A stretch of DNA of 64,000 bases from Planctomycetota bacterium (GTDB lineage: Bacteria; Planctomycetota; MHYJ01; WSZJ01). The translations under genes were made by a program, and so were the position numbers. The notes beneath the pieces are model-generated. The model saw only the letters and a program-made list of their open reading frames with translations. It made no database searches and was not told the DNA's origin. Below, piece after piece: positions 60,742 through 64,000 of the stretch. The DNA is taken from contig JBBTCT010000001.1 in the NCBI GenBank assembly GCA_038060895.1, positions 64,001 through 128,000 on the forward strand, in the 5' to 3' direction. Within the stretch, counting starts at the first letter, position 1; each line of letters opens with the position of its first letter.

Positions 60742-63700
60742 TTAGCGGAAAAGCAGCAGCCGGCCGTTGTACTGGATCCAGACCGTTCCGCCCTGTTCCC
60801 CGGCGCCACGCAATGGGCCGCCGGCCGCATCCGGGGCCGGCTCGACCTCCCAGAGAAGTTTGCCAGACCGCGGCTGCCAGCACCGGATGGTCGCCGCAAG
60901 GGAGTCTTTCGAGTTCCCCGCCCAGGTCATCACGAATCCTTCGCCCGAAGCCATCAGGCCCTCGGCCGCATCGCCAGACGCAAGCGTCACCTTCCAGGCC
61001 TGCTTCAGGTCCGCGCCATCGACCGCGTACTTGCGAAGCGTCGCGGCCGGCCGATCCCCCGCCTGCCCACGGCGTGTCGCAACGTAGAGCACGCCGTCCC
61101 CTCCGAATCCGAGCCCGTAAGGATCGGGGAGACCGTCGGGTAGCGGGGCGATGAGGGGTTTCTGCACCGGATTGGGTGAAGCGAGGATGACGCGCCGAGT
61201 GGCGCCGTACGCCAGCGCCGCCCGGCCGCCGCCGGCAGCGAACGCGTCCGGAACACCTTTCTGGCCACCAAGGTCCCTGGAAATCTCGACGTTTGTGAAG
61301 AGGTCGTAGGAGGCGAGCATGTTCGCTTCGCGGAGGTAGACCAGCCTTCCCCCGTCCAGCGCCGCAGCGAGGCGGGGCGAATTCGGGATCGTCGAGGCGT
61401 TCAGGTCGCGCTTCTCGACTCCCGTCGCCACATCCATGAGCCTGAGATGGCCTCCGACTCCGCGGCGTTCGCACTTCACGAGCAACCCGCACCCGGAAAC
61501 CGCAAAGAGGTCGGTCACGTCGCTGTTGCTTTCGCGGTAGAGCCAGAGGGGGCGGCCCGCGGCTGCGTCGATGGCCTCGAGGGAGACGTCGCGCTCGTTG
61601 GGATTGGGCTGGCCTGCGGTGGCGACGGGGGTCCAGGAGAGGAAGAGACGGCCATCGGCGGCGGCGGCGTGGGTGATGCGGGCGGCGCGGGGGTGCACGG
61701 GGCAATGGATCCAGACCGTCTCGCCGGACGCGGGGAGTACGGCCTGGACGGTCGCAGCACGGATGATCATGAGGAGGCCGCCGTCGGCGAAGAGCAGGCG
61801 TTCGACGGGTTCTGCCGGCTCGGTGTCCGCATCGCGACGGCCGTTGGTGAACGTCAATGTCATGGCCTTGCCCTTCCGGCGCACCGTCAGCCTGATTTCC
61901 TTCCCGGGGGAAGCGGAAATCAGGCGGCGCAGCTGGTCCTGGTTTCGCAGAACTTCGCCGTTCCACTGCTCCGCGATGTCGGCCGCGACAATGCCGCCGC
62001 GATCCGCGGCTCCGCCAGGGACGACCGCTCCGAATTGCGTGGAGCCGTCCGACATCGGTTCGAAGGTGACGCCGAGGTAGCCGCGCGGATCGGTCGAGGT
62101 CCAGAGGGTCGCGTCCGTTTCTGCGTCGCGGGCCTCCAGCACAGCGGCGCGCTGGACGAAGACCACGCGCGCGGGGTCCAGCCCGGCCCAGGAACCTTCA
62201 GGGACGATCAGGACCGGCCCCGGATCGCGCGCCACGGTGTTCTGTCGAGCGACGCGCACCTTGTCGGCGTCGGCGACACGCCACTCGCGCCACAGAACGG
62301 GACCCGGACGCTCCGCGGCCGAAGCCGTGCCGGGGCGAAGCGCCCGCAGGGCGGCCGCCGCTTCCGGTCCGGTCATGTCCTTGCCGGCCACCTTGACGGT
62401 TTCGGTCGCGTGGCAGCGTTCCAGTCGCGCGGCGGCTCCCTCGAGGCGCTCCCAGGCGCCGGCGCGGGCGAAGAGCTCGCCGGCTCGCGCGACGTACAGG
62501 CCGCTTCCCGCGGCGGCTTCGGGACGGCGGGCGACCTCGAGCAGGGCGAGTCCGGCCTCGGACGTGCGCCCCTCCACCTCGAGGCGGTCCGCGAGCAGGC
62601 TGGCGGCGGCGCCGGCGCTGGAGCTGTTGGGGAAATTCTCCCACAACTTGCGAAGCTCGTCCGAAGAGCCTTTCTCCTTCAGCTTCTCCAGGAGATCTTT
62701 CGCCTTTTTCTCGACGTCCTCGTACAGGTCGAGCCCGTGTTCGAGCACGATCTCCCGGATCTTGTCCTCTGCAAACTGGCGCACCGGCCGCGCGAGCCCG
62801 GCATCCGTCACGAGCAGCTTCTCGCCGTATTTCTCGATGACTTCCTGGTACACGGCGACGGCCGCTTTCCACTGCCCCTGCTTTTCCAGGCATTCGCCCA
62901 GGTCGCGGAAGACATCTCCGAGCGGAGCTTCCGCGGGCGCCGAGGCCACGGCCTTGGCGAAGTGCTCGATCGCGTCGGCGAATTTTCCAGAGCGCTTGGC
63001 GGCCTCGCCGAGCGTCAGGTGCAGCTCCATGATCCTCGTCTTCGCGCGGCTCGCCCGAACGGGGTCGCTGGTGGCGGCGGCGACGGCGATTTTCTCGTAG
63101 TCCGCAATCGCGCCGGCGTAGGTCGTTGGATTCCGGGCGAGAACCTCGGCGTGGCGCTCGAGTTTCACCAGGTCGGGATTCGCCGCGCTGAGCACGTCCG
63201 CGTAGCCCTTGTCGAACGTCTCGCGGTCCGTGAAGCAGGTGATGCCCGCGGGGCTGAGCGTCAGCATCCGGTCGCCGACGAGCAGGATCGTCCCCGCATC
63301 GACCGTCTTCGTGTCGTCCTGCCACTTCGCGTCGAAGGACAGCTTGTAACTCTTCGAGTCGTACACGCAGATCGCCGAGTCGAGAGGAAGGTAGAACTTG
63401 TCGGCGGAGAGGAAGCCCCTGCCGGACACACGGACCTGAAGGGTGCCGGTCGTGAGCTGATTCGTGCTGATTTCTGCAGGATTGGAGCGGTCGATTTTCG
63501 AGAGGTCGATCGCGAACGCAAACGCCGTCCCCTGGAACCAGGCGCGCTCTTCCCGGATTCCGATGAACCACCGCACGGAGTCAGTGCCGGTGGCCCCGGC
63601 CTTTTCCTTGAGGCGGGCGGGAATCGACAGGATTTTCTTCCCGGTCCGCGCGTCGTACTCCATGTAATTGTCGCCGTCGCCGGCAACGAAGCACACGCGC

Positions 63701-64000
63701 CGGTCGATGACGACGATCGGGCTCAAACCGCGGCCGTTGCGGTCGTTCACCTGCTGCTGCCACCGGCGGTTGTTCGGCTGCGGCTTCGCGCCGCCGGCCT
63801 CGTACTCCGTCAGCCACAGCACCTCGGCCGTCGCCGCCTGCACCGCCGCGAGCGCGCCGATGTTGGTATTGACGAAGAGAATCCCGCCCGACTCCGAGAT
63901 GACGGGCGCTTCGGTGGGCAGGAAGCCGCCCCATCCGGGATTGGCGCGGCGCAGTTCGCAGAGGAACACCTTGCGCAGCAATTTTCCGGTGTCTGCGTCG
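60742..64000 (-). CDS. Large PQQ-type beta-propeller / TPR / PDZ protein, C-terminal part (5' end outside window)
   Basis: Frame open to the window edge (DADTGKLL); PQQ repeats YDARTGKK, IDAAAGRPLW; TPR WKAAVAVYQEVIEKYG; PDZ GYLGV...VVPGGAADRGGI..DI...NG. Confidence 0.8.
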   Translation of the reverse strand, partial: DADTGKLLRKVFLCELRRANPGWGGFLPTEAPVISESGGILFVNTNIGALAAVQAATAEVLWLTEYEAGGAKPQPNNRRWQQQVNDRNGRGLSPIVVIDRRVCFVAGDGDNYMEYDARTGKKILSIPARLKEKAGATGTDSVRWFIGIREERAWFQGTAFAFAIDLSKIDRSNPAEISTNQLTTGTLQVRVSGRGFLSADKFYLPLDSAICVYDSKSYKLSFDAKWQDDTKTVDAGTILLVGDRMLTLSPAGITCFTDRETFDKGYADVLSAANPDLVKLERHAEVLARNPTTYAGAIADYEKIAVAAATSDPVRASRAKTRIMELHLTLGEAAKRSGKFADAIEHFAKAVASAPAEAPLGDVFRDLGECLEKQGQWKAAVAVYQEVIEKYGEKLLVTDAGLARPVRQFAEDKIREIVLEHGLDLYEDVEKKAKDLLEKLKEKGSSDELRKLWENFPNSSSAGAAASLLADRLEVEGRTSEAGLALLEVARRPEAAAGSGLYVARAGELFARAGAWERLEGAAARLERCHATETVKVAGKDMTGPEAAAALRALRPGTASAAERPGPVLWREWRVADADKVRVARQNTVARDPGPVLIVPEGSWAGLDPARVVFVQRAAVLEARDAETDATLWTSTDPRGYLGVTFEPMSDGSTQFGAVVPGGAADRGGIVAADIAEQWNGEVLRNQDQLRRLISASPGKEIRLTVRRKGKAMTLTFTNGRRDADTEPAEPVERLLFADGGLLMIIRAATVQAVLPASGETVWIHCPVHPRAARITHAAAADGRLFLSWTPVATAGQPNPNERDVSLEAIDAAAGRPLWLYRESNSDVTDLFAVSGCGLLVKCERRGVGGHLRLMDVATGVEKRDLNASTIPNSPRLAAALDGGRLVYLREANMLASYDLFTNVEISRDLGGQKGVPDAFAAGGGRAALAYGATRRVILASPNPVQKPLIAPLPDGLPDPYGLGFGGDGVLYVATRRGQAGDRPAATLRKYAVDGADLKQAWKVTLASGDAAEGLMASGEGFVMTWAGNSKDSLAATIRCWQPRSGKLLWEVEPAPDAAGGPLRGAGEQGGTVWIQYNGRLLLFR

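Overview
High-GC bacterial chromosome window. The gene content (Ser/Thr kinases with TPR or FG-GAP repeats, HEAT, prenyltransferase-repeat, ASPIC/UnbV and PQQ-repeat proteins) suggests a Planctomycetota-like diderm; the lineage is an inference. It holds about 45 CDS and one tRNA-Thr(CGT). I saw no CRISPR array, integrase or transposase. Main points: (1) A secreted BNR/sialidase-like protein (52437-53567, minus) is interrupted by an in-frame TGA in the context D-TGA-P-M-D-A-P and followed by a bacterial SECIS-like hairpin, making it a candidate selenoprotein. (2) A poly-gamma-glutamate cluster (capA-like, pgsB, pgsC, pgsW) includes a predicted outer-membrane beta-barrel and a secreted protein that share an unnamed ~110-aa domain (3 copies), suggesting a dedicated diderm export system. 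(3) A CerR-like/Spt/bCerS-like sphingolipid trio lies directly upstream of that cluster. (4) Three tandem 'headless' STAND-type TPR genes sit next to the tRNA. (5) A family of G.A-rich REP-like hairpins and mirror-arranged short tandem repeats occupies intergenic spaces. (6) Many genes have a TAnnnT -10 box 6-9 nt before the start codon, suggesting leaderless or short-leader mRNAs. All calls come from reading motifs by eye; no database searches were run.
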